DNA of 64,000 bases from Eledone cirrhosa (taxonomy: Eukaryota): the NCBI GenBank assembly GCA_964016885.1, contig OZ024746.1, positions 51,832,001-51,896,000 of the forward strand, written 5' to 3'. Made by a program: the position numbers and the translations under genes. Below the pieces are notes generated by a model. That model searched no databases, was not told the DNA's origin, and saw nothing but the letters and a program-made list of their open reading frames with translations. How positions within the stretch are numbered: position 1 is the first letter of the stretch; every line of letters starts with the position of its first letter. This document shows, in pieces, positions 15,097 through 25,130 of this stretch.

Positions 15097-15647
15097 TTTA
15101 TTAGGTGGGGGGTGAGGCTGACCGTGTACCCATCTTTCTTTACCATTTGTTTGGCATTTTCTAAATCTTCTTGAGTTACCGTGAACGCTTCGAATTGTTT
15201 TGCTACGATGGCGAAACTGAGGGTCGGTTTTATAATGTCATTGTTGTTGTTGTTGCTATCGTTATTTGTGTTAATCTTAATTTTTGTTTCAGTTGTGGTT
15301 GTGGTGACGTCATTCGTCTTTGGTGCGGAAGAGTCCATTTTGCTTGATTTCATTTCGACATCACGAGTTAATTTATTTTTTTCTTCTTTTGTTTCTGTTG
15401 TCGCGGTGGTGGTGGGGGTGGTGGTTGTCGCGGTGGTGGTGGTGGTGGTGGTGGAGGCTTTAACACCTGCAGTCATTGGTAATGGCGGGAAATGAATGTC
15501 TGCCTGAGACAAATTTAAAATATTGCTACTGCTTATATTTTTTTTTGTGTTGGCAAACGTAGTAACATTTACAATGGTGGTGTCGGTGTGAGGTGTTATT
15601 TTGTGAGGAAGGTTTTCAGCTGCTTCGTGCAGAGGTGAATTAGCCAT
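15054..15647 (-). CDS. Upstream Thr-rich ORF, probably the N-terminal part of ORF1 separated by a -1 frameshift
   Basis: 197 aa with an SFAIVAK motif; overlaps the ORF1 start. One extra C in the C6 run near 15107-15112 would fuse the two frames. Confidence 0.6.
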   Translation of the reverse strand: MANSPLHEAAENLPHKITPHTDTTIVNVTTFANTKKNISSSNILNLSQADIHFPPLPMTAGVKASTTTTTTTATTTTPTTTATTETKEEKNKLTRDVEMKSSKMDSSAPKTNDVTTTTTETKIKINTNNDSNNNNNDIIKPTLSFAIVAKQFEAFTVTQEDLENAKQMVKKDGYTVSLTPHLIKWSIGACAPCRIEQ

Positions 15648-15855
15648 TTTTTTTCAAAGAAATTTTTTGATAATAATAAAAGTTAAAATTTTGGGCACAA
15701 GGCCCCAATTTTTTTGGGTGTCCTTTTCGGAAAACAATGTATGTGTGCTTATAAACAGTTAACAATAAAATTTTCCATAAATGGCAATTTTTAACAAACG
15801 GAAATAACAAACCTTTGCGGAGCTCACGATGATACGATTTACTACGTAGGTCGCC

Positions 15856-15909
<54 letters not shown>

Positions 15910-15910
<1 letters not shown>

Positions 15911-18900
15911 GAAGAAGAAGAACCCCCCCCTCCTCTCCTCTGGCTACACTATATAGGACAGCGAAACTCACCAACACCAGAAACTAGATACACCACCCAC
16001 CCCATCATCTGTGTACACTAAACACAACAGCATTTTCACCTTCACCGCCACCGCTCACTACGGCCATCATTACCACCACTATCCCATCACCGCCGCCACC
16101 ACCCCCTGACTCCTTCACTGCTGCTGCCACCGCTACAGCACCATCACTACAGTAATACGGTCGCATCACCGCCACCACTGCCTCGGTATCGACATCACCA
16201 CCACCACTGTCTCAGTATCGCCAACGCCGCCAGTCTCTGCTGGCTACCACTTCCACATTATAGAATTCCTACTACTAACAAAGAGGAAGGCATCAAAATA
16301 TATAGATAGACTCAAAAGAAAAAAGAAAAAACAAACAACAAAAGCAGCACAGCAACAACAGTAAAAAACGAGAAAAACAGAGAAAAACAAAAACAAAAAA
16401 AGAAACCCCAAAAACGTAAAGAAAATAAGAATGAAGAGAGAAGCAGGCGGACGGACAGAGAAGAGGGGGGAAAAAGTAAAACTTAAAAAACAAAAACTAA
16501 GTCAGACATTCGAATACTACATTACAATGAAACTTATGCTTATTCATTTTTGGGGCCCTTTCTGCCCGTGTGTTTGTTTGTTTATGTGTGTCCGTATACA
16601 GCGTGGTGATAATGCCACACAAGGGCCAGGTGGGATGGCGGATCCACAGATGGCTATGTAAACATACATTCGCCAATCCTCGATAAGAGTGTTTAAATAT
16701 CGAACATAAACAGTTCGAATAACGGTGAAATGGAGACTAGAACGTCATGTGACAGACTCTCACCCAACAGGTGCCCCCTGGCTCAGCAGCAGGAACCTGA
16801 CTGTCAACCAAATACTGCTGATGTTGGAGGAAGAAGAAGAAGGAAAGGGGCCAGAACCAACTGGACGAAAGAATTGAATAGAACTGTTATGCAATGCTAC
16901 CTGAAAAGTAACCCCAAGGAGAGGGGCTACAGGAGACGGATGCATAACATCTGGAACGAGATTGGTTTATTTAAATTAGATGAACAAAAATTGGCCGGGC
17001 AGGCTCGGGTAATAAGAACTAATGGGTGGATAAGCGAGCTGGAACTGGAGGAAGTGAGCAGAGAGAATGGCTTGGAGATGGCGGGTGTAGTATGCCAGAC
17101 AAGCGAGCCGGCGGGAAATGAAGGTGAGGAGGTCCTGAGAACGGAGGAACCACCCGAAGCAGACAATGATCTGAATACTGAGATAAATAATACCTGGAAC
17201 AGAGATACGGCCACTGAGGAGATGAATGCTGACGGGCTAGGACAAGATTCGGTTGACATCCTAAATTTAGTGGTAGATGAGTTGAACAATGATAGTGGGA
17301 GACCTATGAACCTAAGATTTGTAGACAGGAAAAAGTTAAAAGAAACAACAGCTAAGGTAAACAAAGTCATCCCATACCTTGAGGCGAGGAGTCTTCACCA
17401 GTGCAACAATATCCTCAAAGCAACAGCAAATACGGTGAGGAAACTACTTGGTATAAAAGCGAGAGGAAACAACAGACAAGAAAGAGCAGAGCCGTGGTGG
17501 AAGAAGCGACTGAGTGGGCAAATCGGGGAAATGAGAAATGACATAGGAAAGCTTGAGTCACTACTGAATGGGACACTAAAAAACATAGGCACTAAAAATA
17601 GACTGGAAATAAAATACAAAACTAGGAGTAAAAAGCTAAATATTATCATAGAGGAATTGAAGCAACGCATTGTAGCAAAGAGTGCCAAAATCAGGCGATA
17701 CGAGAACAGAGTCAGTCAGTATAAACAGAACCGCATGTTCGACAACAACCAGAAGATGCTGTTTGGACAGCTTGAGGGGAAAGAAAGAGGCAACGACTTG
17801 ATCCCTGGGGCGGAACAAGCTAAAACATTCTGGAGAGGAATATGGGAGCAGGATGTTAGACACAATGCCCAGGCAGGGTGGATTGAGACAGTACAGAGGG
17901 AGATCGGTGAGCAGGCACAGCAACAGACTGATTTGAGTATCACAGTTGAAACTCTTAAGGGGCAAGCCAAAAAACTAACCAACTGGAAATCACCAGGCCC
18001 AGATGGTGTGCAGGGGTATTGGATTAAACATTTAACATCCCTCCACCCGAAGCTGACGGCCATGTTCAATGACTGCTTGGTGTCGGGTGAGGTGCCAGAG
18101 TGGTTGACAAAAGGTACCACAGTTCTGATAATGAAAGACCGAATCAAGGGTAATGATGTTACCAACTATAGACCTATCACATGTCTGCCCGTAATGTGGA
18201 AACTGTTGACGAGCATTGTGTCTGAGGAAATCTACCATCACCTCCACACAAACAACTTGTTGCCGGACGAACAGAAAGGATGCCGAAAGAAGTCACGTGG
18301 TACAAAGGACCAGTTGCTTATTGATAAGATGGTAATGGGGAATTGCAGGAGGAGACACACTGATCTTGCCATGGGATGGATAGACTACAGAAAGGCATTT
18401 GACATGGTGCCTCATTCCTGGATCACCAAAAGCCTGGAGATCTTCAGGGTGGCAGATAACATCAGACAGTTGCTGGGCAGGAGTATGGGGTCCTGGGAGA
18501 CAGAGTTGACATCAACTGGAGTATCCTTGGGAAGCGTGAAGATCAAGAGAGGTATCTTCCAGGGAGATAGCCTGTCCCCTCTGTTGTTTGTCCTTGCCCT
18601 GATGCCCTTGACCATTATGCTGCGAAAAGTGAGAGCAGGATACAAGTTGGGAAGGGGAGAGCTTACCATCAATCACCTCCTCTTCATGGACGATCTTAAG
18701 CTCTTCGGGAAGAGTGAGAAGGAGTTGGATGTGCTTGTTGACACTGTCCGTATTTTCAGCAGTGATATATGTATGCAGTTTGGTATTGGTAAATGTGGAG
18801 TCATTGTGATGAGGAGGGGTAGGTTGAGCAGAAGTAACGGGATCCAGATACCAACAGGTGAGATGATAAAGGAAATTGACTCTGAGGAAGGATACAAGTA

Positions 18901-20197
18901 TTTGGGCGTTCTGGAGGCTGATGGCATAAAGAACAAAAAAATGAAGGAATTGTTAAGAACTGAATACATTCGGAGAGTAAGGAGCGTATTGAAGTCACAT
19001 CTGAACAGCAGAAATGCCATAAGCGCAGTAAATTCCCGAGCTGTGTCTATTATTAGGTACAGTGCGGGAATTCTGAGATGGAATGTTGCTGAACAAAAAG
19101 AAATGGATAGGAAGACTAGGAAGCTATTGACTATCTACAACATGTTCCACAAGAGGAGTGATGTCGATAGACTCTACCTAAGGAGATCTGAGGGTGGAAG
19201 AGGTCTTATCAGCATAGAGGACTGTGTTCAGATGGAGAAAAACAACCTATACAAATACGTGACCTATAGTAAGGAGCCAATGCTCAGAGCTGTACTGAAG
19301 GAGGGGACAGTAGGCCAGGGGATACCCAAGGAGGAAATAACATCAAGGAGGAAGAGCAGCCTTAAGGGAAAATCCCTTCATAGTACCTTCTTTGAGAAAA
19401 CTGAATTTAGAGATCCACAGACATGGAACTGGTTGAGAAGAGGAGACCTCAAAAAGGCTACAGAAGGAATGCTAATGGCTGCGCAGGAGCAGGCCCTCAA
19501 AACGAAGTGGTTGAAGCACCATATCTACAAGGAGGAGGCTAGCCCACTGTGCAGGATCTGTGGAGAGAGAGAGGAGACTGTGGCTCACATTGTGTCCGAG
19601 TGTAAACACCTAGCCCAGACCCACTATAAGGGCTGGAGACACGATGTGATGGGCAGGGTGATCCACTGGCACCTGTGCAAAGTAAACAATCTACCACATT
19701 CTGAGAAATGGTATGAGCATAGGCCAGAGGCGGTGATGGAGAACAGTCAGGTGAAGGTGCTGTGGGATTTTAGGATACAGACGGACAAAAAACTGGAACA
19801 CAATAGACCTGATCTGGTGGTTGTGGACAAAGAAAAAAGATCGTGCCTGATTGTGGATGTGGCCTGCCCGTTCGACACGAGAGTGCAAGAGAAGGAGAGG
19901 GAGAAAATTAACCGATACCAGGACCTAAAGTGGGAGGTGAAAAGGATTTGGAACTGCCATGAAGTCAAAGTGATCCCGATTGTCATAGGCGCACTGGGGA
20001 CTATCTCCAAAGGTTTCCAGGGATGGTTAAAGAAAATCGGCCCCTTCACGCTTTTTGGAACGCTTCAAAAGGCATGCTTGCTTGGAACGGCAAGAACCCT
20101 CCGATACGTCCTGAATATCTGAGGCTGCAGGTAGTGGCTTGATATTCAATCCAACGGACTTTCCAGTTAACCAACATCAATGACTGAGATTCAAGGA
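15910..20197 (+). mobile_element. R4/Dong-clade element family A, copy 1 (intact ORF, leader 5'-truncated)
   Basis: Between (AAT)n tracts; single ORF with RT and REL endonuclease; ~75-bp 3' UTR. Confidence 0.92.
16730..20122 (+). CDS. Dong/R4 RT + CCHC + restriction-like endonuclease, 1130 aa
   Basis: [37 protein letters not shown]...HIVSEC, RHD, RPDLVVVD...DVACPFD, EKINRY. Confidence 0.96.
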   Translation: METRTSCDRLSPNRCPLAQQQEPDCQPNTADVGGRRRRKGARTNWTKELNRTVMQCYLKSNPKERGYRRRMHNIWNEIGLFKLDEQKLAGQARVIRTNGWISELELEEVSRENGLEMAGVVCQTSEPAGNEGEEVLRTEEPPEADNDLNTEINNTWNRDTATEEMNADGLGQDSVDILNLVVDELNNDSGRPMNLRFVDRKKLKETTAKVNKVIPYLEARSLHQCNNILKATANTVRKLLGIKARGNNRQERAEPWWKKRLSGQIGEMRNDIGKLESLLNGTLKNIGTKNRLEIKYKTRSKKLNIIIEELKQRIVAKSAKIRRYENRVSQYKQNRMFDNNQKMLFGQLEGKERGNDLIPGAEQAKTFWRGIWEQDVRHNAQAGWIETVQREIGEQAQQQTDLSITVETLKGQAKKLTNWKSPGPDGVQGYWIKHLTSLHPKLTAMFNDCLVSGEVPEWLTKGTTVLIMKDRIKGNDVTNYRPITCLPVMWKLLTSIVSEEIYHHLHTNNLLPDEQKGCRKKSRGTKDQLLIDKMVMGNCRRRHTDLAMGWIDYRKAFDMVPHSWITKSLEIFRVADNIRQLLGRSMGSWETELTSTGVSLGSVKIKRGIFQGDSLSPLLFVLALMPLTIMLRKVRAGYKLGRGELTINHLLFMDDLKLFGKSEKELDVLVDTVRIFSSDICMQFGIGKCGVIVMRRGRLSRSNGIQIPTGEMIKEIDSEEGYKYLGVLEADGIKNKKMKELLRTEYIRRVRSVLKSHLNSRNAISAVNSRAVSIIRYSAGILRWNVAEQKEMDRKTRKLLTIYNMFHKRSDVDRLYLRRSEGGRGLISIEDCVQMEKNNLYKYVTYSKEPMLRAVLKEGTVGQGIPKEEITSRRKSSLKGKSLHSTFFEKTEFRDPQTWNWLRRGDLKKATEGMLMAAQEQALKTKWLKHHIYKEEASPLCRICGEREETVAHIVSECKHLAQTHYKGWRHDVMGRVIHWHLCKVNNLPHSEKWYEHRPEAVMENSQVKVLWDFRIQTDKKLEHNRPDLVVVDKEKRSCLIVDVACPFDTRVQEKEREKINRYQDLKWEVKRIWNCHEVKVIPIVIGALGTISKGFQGWLKKIGPFTLFGTLQKACLLGTARTLRYVLNI

Positions 20198-20202
20198 ATA
20201 AC

Positions 20203-20251
<49 letters not shown>

Positions 20252-20252
<1 letters not shown>

Positions 20253-23200
20253 GGGAAGAAGACGCACGAGGTGACGGAGGTCATGAAATCGCTCCCGTAA
20301 GTTTTGAATTTTTAACATATTTAAATCATTTGTGAAATAACAACTCTTAGTACAAATGCTACGTAAAGCACCCGGCTTGAGCCCCAAAAAAATTCGGACC
20401 CAAAATATATTGTTATAAGGCTCAAATATTCAAATATTCAACTTTGTATTGTACACTGTATATCCCCCAAAAAATGGCTATAAATGGAAGAAGAAGAACC
20501 CCCCCCCCCTCCTCTCCTCTGGCTACACTATATAGGACAGCTAAACTCACCAACACCAGAAACTAGATACACCACCCACCCCATCATCTGTGTACACTAA
20601 ACACAACAGCATTTTCACCTTCACCGCCACCGCTCACTACGGCCATCATTACCACCACTATCCCATCACCGCCGCCACCACCCCTTGACTCCTTCACTGC
20701 TGCTGCCACCGCTACAGCACCATCACTACAGTAATACGGCTCAAATATTCAAATATTCAACTTTGTATTGTACACTGTATATCCAAAAAAAAATAAAATG
20801 GCTATAAATGGAAGAAGAAGAACCCCCCCCCCCTCCTCTTTTCTGGCTACACTATATAGGACAGCGAAACTCACCAACACCAGAAACTAGATACACCACC
20901 CACCCCATCATCTGTGTACACTAAACACAACAGCATTTTCACCTTCACCGCCACCGCTCACTACGGCCATCATTACCACCACTATCCCATCACCGCCGCC
21001 ACCACCCCCTGACTCCTTCACTGCTGCTGCCACCGCTACAGCACCATCACTACAGTAATACGGTCGCATCACCGCCACCACTGCCTCGGTATCGACATCA
21101 CCACCACCACTGTCTCAGTATCGCCAACGCCGCCAGTCTCTGCTGGCTACCACTTCCACATTATAGAATTCCTACTACTAACAAAGAGGAAGGCATCAAA
21201 ATATATAGATAGACTCAAAAGAAAAAAGAAAAAACAAACAACAAAAGCAGCACAGCAACAACAGTAAAAAACGAGAAAAACAGAGAAAAACAAAAACAAA
21301 AAAAGAAACCCCAAAAACGTAAAGAAAATAAGAATGAAGAGAGAAGCAGGCGGACGGACAGAGAAGAGGGGGGAAAAAGTAAAACTTAAAAAACAAAAAC
21401 TAAGTCAGACATTCGAATACTACATTACAATGAAACTTATGCTTATTCATTTTTGGGGCCCTTTCTGCCCGTGTGTTTGTTTGTTTATGTGTGTCCGTAT
21501 ACAGCGTGGTGATAATGCCACACAAGGGCCAGGTGGGATGGCGGATCCACAGATGGCTATGTAAACATACATTCGCCAATCCTCGATAAGAGTGTTTAAA
21601 TATCGAACATAAACAGTTCGAATAACGGTGAAATGGAGACTAGAACGTCATGTGACAGACTCTCACCCAACAGGTGCCCCCTGGCTCAGCAGCAGGAACC
21701 TGACTGTCAACCAAATACTGCTGATGTTGGAGGAAGAAGAAGAAGGAAAGGGGCCAGAACCAACTGGACGAAAGAATTGAATAGAACTGTTATGCAATGC
21801 TACCTGAAAAGTAACCCCAAGGAGAGGGGCTACAGGAGACGGATGCATAACATCTGGGACGAGATTGGTTTATTTAAATTAGATGAACAAAAATTGGCCG
21901 GGCAGGCTCGGGTAATAAGAACTAATGGGTGGATAAGCGAGCTGGAACTGGAGGAAGTGAGCAGAGAGAATGGCTTGGAGATGGCGGGTGTAGTATGCCA
22001 GACAAGCGAGCCGGCGGGAAATGAAGGTGAGGAGGTCCTGAGAACGGAGGAACCACCCGAAGCAGACAATGATCTGAATACTGAGATAAATAATACCTGG
22101 AACAGAGATACGGCCACTGAGGAGATGAATGCTGACGGGCTAGGACAAGATTCGGTTGACATCCTAAATTTAGTGGTAGATGAGTTGAACAATGATAGTG
22201 GGAGACCTATGAACCTAAGATTTGTAGACAGGAAAAAGTTAAAAGAAACAACAGCTAAGGTAAACAAAGTCATCCCATACCTTGAGGCGAGGAGTCTTCA
22301 CCAGTGCAACAATATCCTCAAAGCAACAGCAAATACGGTGAGGAAACTACTTGGTATAAAAGCGAGAGGAAACAACAGACAAGAAAGAGCAGAGCCGTGG
22401 TGGAAGAAGCGACTGAGTGGGCAAATCGGGGAAATGAGAAATGACATAGGAAAGCTTGAGTCACTACTGAATGGGACACTAAAAAACATAGGCACTAAAA
22501 ATAGACTGGAAATAAAATACAAAACTAGGAGTAAAAAGCTAAATATTATCATAGAGGAATTGAAGCAACGCATTGTAGCAAAGAGTGCCAAAATCAGGCG
22601 ATACGAGAACAGAGTCAGTCAGTATAAACAGAACCGCATGTTCGACAACAACCAGAAGATGCTGTTTGGACAGCTTGAGGGGAAAGAAAGAGGCAACGAC
22701 TTGATCCCTGGGGCGGAACAAGCTAAAACATTCTGGAGAGGAATATGGGAGCAGGATGTTAGACACAATGCCCAGGCAGGGTGGATTGAGACAGTACAGA
22801 GGGAGATCGGTGAGCAGGCACAGCAACAGACTGATTTGAGTATCACAGTTGAAACTCTTAAGGGGCAAGCCAAAAAACTAACCAACTGGAAATCACCAGG
22901 CCCAGATGGTGTGCAGGGGTATTGGATTAAACATTTAACATCCCTCCACCCGAAGCTGACGGCCATGTTCAATGACTGCTTGGTGTCGGGTGAGGTGCCA
23001 GAGTGGTTGACAAAAGGTACCACAGTTCTGATAATGAAAGACCGAATCAAGGGTAATGATGTTACCAACTATAGACCTATCACATGTCTGCCCGTAATGT
23101 GGAAACTGTTGACGAGCATTGTGTCTGAGGAAATCTACCATCACCTCCACACAAACAACTTGTTGCCGGACGAACAGAAAGGATGCCGAAAGAAGTCACG

Positions 23201-25100
23201 TGGTACAAAGGACCAGTTGCTTATTGATAAGATGGTAATGGGGAATTGCAGGAGGAGACACACTGATCTTGCCATGGGATGGATAGACTACAGAAAGGCA
23301 TTTGACATGGTGCCTCATTCCTGGATCACCAAAAGCCTGGAGATCTTCAGGGTGGCAGATAACATCAGACAGTTGCTGGGCAGGAGTATGGGGTCCTGGG
23401 AGACAGAGTTGACATCAACTGGAGTATCCTTGGGAAGCGTGAAGATCAAGAGAGGTATCTTCCAGGGAGATAGCCTGTCCCCTCTGTTGTTTGTCCTTGC
23501 CCTGATGCCCTTGACCATTATGCTGCGAAAAGTGAGAGCAGGATACAAGTTGGGAAGGGGAGAGCTTACCATCAATCACCTCCTCTTCATGGACGATCTT
23601 AAGCTCTTCGGGAAGAGTGAGAAGGAGTTGGATGTGCTTGTTGACACTGTCCGTATTTTCAGCAGTGATATATGTATGCAGTTTGGTATTGGTAAATGTG
23701 GAGTCATTGTGATGAGGAGGGGTAGGTTGAGCAGAAGTAACGGGATCCAGATACCAACAGGTGAGATGATAAAGGAAATTGACTCTGAGGAAGGATACAA
23801 GTATTTGGGCGTTCTGGAGGCTGATGGCATAAAGAACAAAAAAATGAAGGAATTGTTAAGAACTGAATACATTCGGAGAGTAAGGAGCGTATTGAAGTCA
23901 CATCTGAACAGCAGAAATGCCATAAGCGCAGTAAATTCCCGAGCTGTGTCTATTATTAGGTACAGTGCGGGAATTCTGAGATGGAATGTTGCTGAACAAA
24001 AAGAAATGGATAGGAAGACTAGGAAGCTATTGACTATCTACAACATGTTCCACAAGAGGAGTGATGTCGATAGACTCTACCTAAGGAGATCTGAGGGTGG
24101 AAGAGGTCTTATCAGCATAGAGGACTGTGTTCAGATGGAGAAAAACAACCTATACAAATACGTGACCTATAGTAAGGAGCCAATGCTCAGAGCTGTACTG
24201 AAGGAGGGGACAGTAGGCCAGGGGATACCCAAGGAGGAAATAACATCAAGGAGGAAGAGCAGCCTTAAGGGAAAATCCCTTCATAGTACCTTCTTTGAGA
24301 AAACTGAATTTAGAGATCCACAGACATGGAACTGGTTGAGAAGAGGAGACCTCAAAAAGGCTACAGAAGGAATGCTAATGGCTGCGCAGGAGCAGGCCCT
24401 CAAAACGAAGTGGTTGAAGCACCATATCTACAAGGAGGAGGCTAGCCCACTGTGCAGGATCTGTGGAGAGAGAGAGGAGACTGTGGCTCACATTGTGTCC
24501 GAGTGTAAACACCTAGCCCAGACCCACTATAAGGGCTGGAGACACGATGTGATGGGCAGGGTGATCCACTGGCACCTGTGCAAAGTAAACAATCTACCAC
24601 ATTCTGAGAAATGGTATGAGCATAGGCCAGAGGCGGTGATGGAGAACAGTCAGGTGAAGGTGCTGTGGGATTTTAGGATACAGACGGACAAAAAACTGGA
24701 ACACAATAGACCTGACCTGGTGGTTGTGGACAAAGAAAAAAGATCGTGCCTGATTGTGGATGTGGCCTGCCCGTTCGACACGAGAGTGCAAGAGAAGGAG
24801 AGGGAGAAAATTAACCGATACCAGGACCTAAAGTGGGAGGTGAAAAGGATTTGGAACTGCCATGAAGTCAAAGTGATCCCGATTGTCATAGGCGCACTGG
24901 GGACTATCTCCAAAGGTTTCCAGGGATGGTTAAAGAAAATCGGCCCCTTCACGCTTTTTGGAACGCTTCAAAAGGCATGCTTGCTTGGAACGGCAAGAAC
25001 CCTCCGATACGTCCTGAATATCTGAGGCTGCAGGTAGTGGCTTGATATTCAATCCAACGGACTTTCCAGTTAACCAACATCAATGACTGAGATTCAAGGA
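20252..25100 (+). mobile_element. R4/Dong family A, copy 2 (longest leader, intact ORF)
   Basis: Repeat of copy 1 at offset 4903, with extra 5' sequence 20252-20809 including a ~320-bp tandem duplication. Confidence 0.92.
21633..25025 (+). CDS. Dong/R4 RT-REL protein, 1130 aa
   Basis: Matches 16730-20122 except one visible N/D change (HNIWN vs HNIWD). Confidence 0.96.
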   Translation: METRTSCDRLSPNRCPLAQQQEPDCQPNTADVGGRRRRKGARTNWTKELNRTVMQCYLKSNPKERGYRRRMHNIWDEIGLFKLDEQKLAGQARVIRTNGWISELELEEVSRENGLEMAGVVCQTSEPAGNEGEEVLRTEEPPEADNDLNTEINNTWNRDTATEEMNADGLGQDSVDILNLVVDELNNDSGRPMNLRFVDRKKLKETTAKVNKVIPYLEARSLHQCNNILKATANTVRKLLGIKARGNNRQERAEPWWKKRLSGQIGEMRNDIGKLESLLNGTLKNIGTKNRLEIKYKTRSKKLNIIIEELKQRIVAKSAKIRRYENRVSQYKQNRMFDNNQKMLFGQLEGKERGNDLIPGAEQAKTFWRGIWEQDVRHNAQAGWIETVQREIGEQAQQQTDLSITVETLKGQAKKLTNWKSPGPDGVQGYWIKHLTSLHPKLTAMFNDCLVSGEVPEWLTKGTTVLIMKDRIKGNDVTNYRPITCLPVMWKLLTSIVSEEIYHHLHTNNLLPDEQKGCRKKSRGTKDQLLIDKMVMGNCRRRHTDLAMGWIDYRKAFDMVPHSWITKSLEIFRVADNIRQLLGRSMGSWETELTSTGVSLGSVKIKRGIFQGDSLSPLLFVLALMPLTIMLRKVRAGYKLGRGELTINHLLFMDDLKLFGKSEKELDVLVDTVRIFSSDICMQFGIGKCGVIVMRRGRLSRSNGIQIPTGEMIKEIDSEEGYKYLGVLEADGIKNKKMKELLRTEYIRRVRSVLKSHLNSRNAISAVNSRAVSIIRYSAGILRWNVAEQKEMDRKTRKLLTIYNMFHKRSDVDRLYLRRSEGGRGLISIEDCVQMEKNNLYKYVTYSKEPMLRAVLKEGTVGQGIPKEEITSRRKSSLKGKSLHSTFFEKTEFRDPQTWNWLRRGDLKKATEGMLMAAQEQALKTKWLKHHIYKEEASPLCRICGEREETVAHIVSECKHLAQTHYKGWRHDVMGRVIHWHLCKVNNLPHSEKWYEHRPEAVMENSQVKVLWDFRIQTDKKLEHNRPDLVVVDKEKRSCLIVDVACPFDTRVQEKEREKINRYQDLKWEVKRIWNCHEVKVIPIVIGALGTISKGFQGWLKKIGPFTLFGTLQKACLLGTARTLRYVLNI

Positions 25101-25130
25101 ATAACAATAACAATAATAATAATAATAATA

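Larger units (their letters stand above)
9949..15855 (-). mobile_element. Full-length L1/Tx1-clade non-LTR retrotransposon flanked by (AAT)n on both sides
   Basis: 5' UTR 15648-15855, ORF1 region, intact ORF2, 3' UTR with AATAAA (9955-9960), (AAT)n at 9897-9948 and 15856-15909. Confidence 0.93.

Noticed and set aside
13955-15495. Plus-strand Gly/Val-rich ORFs
   Set aside because: Antisense shadows of the Pro/Thr-rich Tx1 ORF1.
16550-16700. HDV-like ribozyme in the Dong A leader (GGCCCTT/AAGGGCC P1 candidate)
   Set aside because: No compatible P3/L3 with CC for P1.1 and no J4/2 motif.
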